The notes below the pieces were generated by a model that saw nothing but the letters and a program-made list of their open reading frames with translations, made no database searches and was not told the DNA's origin. Shown here piece by piece: positions 61,557 through 64,000 of a stretch of 64,000 bases of DNA. Each line of letters begins with the position of its first letter. The first letter of the stretch is position 1. Origin of the DNA: Camelus ferus (Eukaryota); NCBI RefSeq assembly GCF_009834535.1, contig NC_045696.1, forward strand, positions 115,942,001 through 116,006,000, read 5' to 3'. The position numbers were made by a program, and so were the translations under genes.

Positions 61557-63560
61557 GTTGGATCTCCTTGTTGAACTGATCCTTTTATCATTATATAATG
61601 TCTTTCTTTGTCTCTTGTTACAGTCATTGTTTTAAAATCTATTTTGTCTGATATGAGCATTGTTATCCCAACTTTCTTTTCATTTCTATTTGCATGGAGT
61701 CTTTTTCCATCCCCTCACTTTCAATCTTGGTGTGTCTTTAGATCTGAAGTAAGGCTCTTATAGATAGCATATATGTGGTACAATTTTAATCCATTCTACA
61801 ACTCTACGTCTTCCCATTGGAGCATTTAGCCCGTTTACATATAAGGTAATTATTGATAGGTATGTATTGATTGCCATTTGTTAAATGTTTTCAGGTTGTT
61901 TTGTAATTCTTTGTTGTTCCTTTCTTCTTTTTTGCTCTCTTCCCTTGTGATTTAATGACTATCTTTAGTTGTATGTCTGGATTCCTTTCTCTTTTTGTGT
62001 GTGCATCTATTACACATTTTTGGTTTGTGGTTTCAATGAGGTTCATATATAACAATTTATGTGTGTATACATATTAAATATATATATGTATATAGAATTA
62101 TTTTAAGTTGATGATCTCTTAAGTTTGAATACATTCTATAACCCTGCATTCCCTCCCCCCTTTTGTTTTTGATATCATATTTTACATCCTTTTATTGTGT
62201 TATCCCTTGACTAATTATGTGGATATAGATGATTTTAGTACTTCTGTCTTCTAACCTTCCTATTAGCTTTATAAGTGGTGGATCTACTACCTTTACAGTA
62301 TCTTTGCCTTCACCAATGAGATTTTTTCCTTTTGTAATTTGCATAATTCTAGCTGTGGCCTATTCTGCTTAAAGGAAGTCCCTTTCACATTCCTTATAAT
62401 GCTTGTTTAGTAGTACTGAGCTCTTTTATATTTGGCTGGTCTGTAAAATATTTTTTATCTCTCTTTCATATCCAAGGGATAGACTTGCTGGTTATAGTAT
62501 TTCTTCTTTGGAGGATTTTTCCCCTTTTATTACTTGAATGTAACATGCCACTCCCTTCTGGCCTGAAGAGTTTCTGCTGAAAATTAGCTGATTGTCTTAC
62601 GGCAGTTCACCTGTACATAACTAGTTGCATTTCTCCTACTACTTTTAAGATTTTCTCTTTATCTTCATTTTTTGCCATTTGAATTATAATACATCTTGTT
62701 GGGGATTCTGTGCTTCCTTGACCTGGATGCGTGTTTCCTTTCCTGGACTAAGGAAGTTTTCAGTTATTATGTCTTTAAATAAGTTCTGCTCCTTTGTCTC
62801 TCTCTTCTCTTTCTGGGACTCCTAAAATATGAATGTTGGTATGCTTGATGTTGTCCCAGAGGTTTCAGATTATCCTCATTCTTAAAAATTGTTTTTTTCT
62901 TTTTTCTGTTCCACTTGAGTAATTTCCACTACTCTGTCTTCCAGGTCACTGATTTTTTCCTCTTTATTCTCTAATCTACTATTGCTTCTGTCTAGCATAT
63001 TTTTATTTCAGTTATTGTGTTCTTCAGCTCTGTTTGGTTCTTCTTTACATTTTCTAACTCTTTGATGAAGTTCTCACTGTGTTCATCATCCATTCTTCTC
63101 AGTTTGGTCAGCATCGTTATGATCATTACCTTGAACTATTTATGGGGTAGATAGGTTATCTCCAGTTCACTGGGTTCTTCTTGGGGGGTGGCAGCTTGTC
63201 TTATTCCTTTGTTTGGAACACATCTCCCTGTCTTCTCCTTTTGCCTAATTCTCTGTGTTTATATGCATTTATTAGGTAGATCAGTTACATTTCCCAGTAT
63301 TGGAGAAGTGGCCTTACATAGGAGACATCTATGGGGCCCAGCAGCCCACCCCTCCCTGGTCCCCAGAGGTATATGTCTAAGGGTGCCCCCTATGTGAGCT
63401 GTGTGGGTCCTCTGCTGTCCAATGGCTAACTACTGTGGGTGTGCTGGCAGGAGAGGCTGGCCCCGGGCCCAGTTGGCTATCAGGCTCTGCCTTGTGTAGT
63501 GGCTGCCAGCCTGCTGGTGGGCAGGCCCAGGTCCTGGTGCAGCTGGCTGTGGGTGCCCTA
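61557..63560 (-). mobile_element. L1 5' half (5' UTR, ORF1 remnant, ORF2 endonuclease start), 3'-truncated
   Basis: ORF 61472..61660 gives LISDKIDFKTMTVTRDKERHYIMIKGSVQQ, the L1 endonuclease domain; GC-richer 5' UTR-like sequence at 63280-63560. Confidence 0.9.
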
Positions 63561-64000
63561 TACGTAAAAAATCAGGCTGCAGAGAAGCTACAGCTCTCAT
63601 GGGGACTTTTCAAATAAATATCTCCTGAGAATCCTTGCTTCAAAAAGAAACATATAAGGGACATAACGTAGGAAAATCACAACAATGATTATTATCAGAT
63701 TCCCTAAGCAGAGCCCAAGGAAGAAAAGAAATAGTAGGGCTGATAAGCAAGGATTCATCTCTCTGACCACCTGAGATTTATGTTCTCCTGTGGTAACACA
63801 TATATCTGATGTGTTTTCTCTGAAGCAGGGCAAGATTCCTCTCATTCTAAAATATGAAGGCTGTGATTTATCTGGGTTGGCTATCCACTCATTCATCCAC
63901 AAGCCAGAGGCTTGAGGTATCTCAGGAAGCCCTATGATATGTCACTTACTCTCCTGCAACTGCATGTGCAAAAGCTGAAATTAGCATGAACTACTATCAA

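Noticed and set aside
63600..64000. Possible LTR-like sequence at the window end
   Set aside because: I could not match it to a family or find termini; left unannotated.

Overview
Mammalian nuclear genomic DNA, almost certainly from a camelid (camel, alpaca or llama). The evidence is three copies of a tRNA-Ala-derived Vic-1-type SINE and young L1 3' ends of the type found alongside it. The window is AT-rich and dominated by interspersed repeats: about 19 solo MaLR/ERVL LTRs (MLT1/MLT2/LTR16-like), old and young L1, L2, MIR, and DNA transposon relics (MER20, MER5A, MER63, MER112, Zaphod/MER115, Tigger1). I recognise no protein-coding gene; the only recognisable peptides in the ORF track are L1 ORF2 fragments. 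LTR orientation is strongly skewed to the + strand (15 of 19 by my count), as expected inside introns of a long minus-strand transcription unit. On that minus strand I see an 18-nt microexon candidate with near-consensus splice sites (16743-16760), several other small exon candidates that can be chained in one reading frame, and a recursive-splice-site motif (11255-11281). Other oddities are a hybrid MLT1/MLT2 LTR inside one apparent TSD, a ~150-bp local copy lodged in that LTR's microsatellite, a phased octamer array, a pre-miRNA-sized hairpin, nested and tail-to-tail SINE/L1 insertions, and a twin-primed L1. Repeat subfamily names come from memory of consensus sequences and boundaries of old repeats are approximate. 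All exon and regulatory calls are hypotheses. I cannot demonstrate a novel biological system from the sequence alone.
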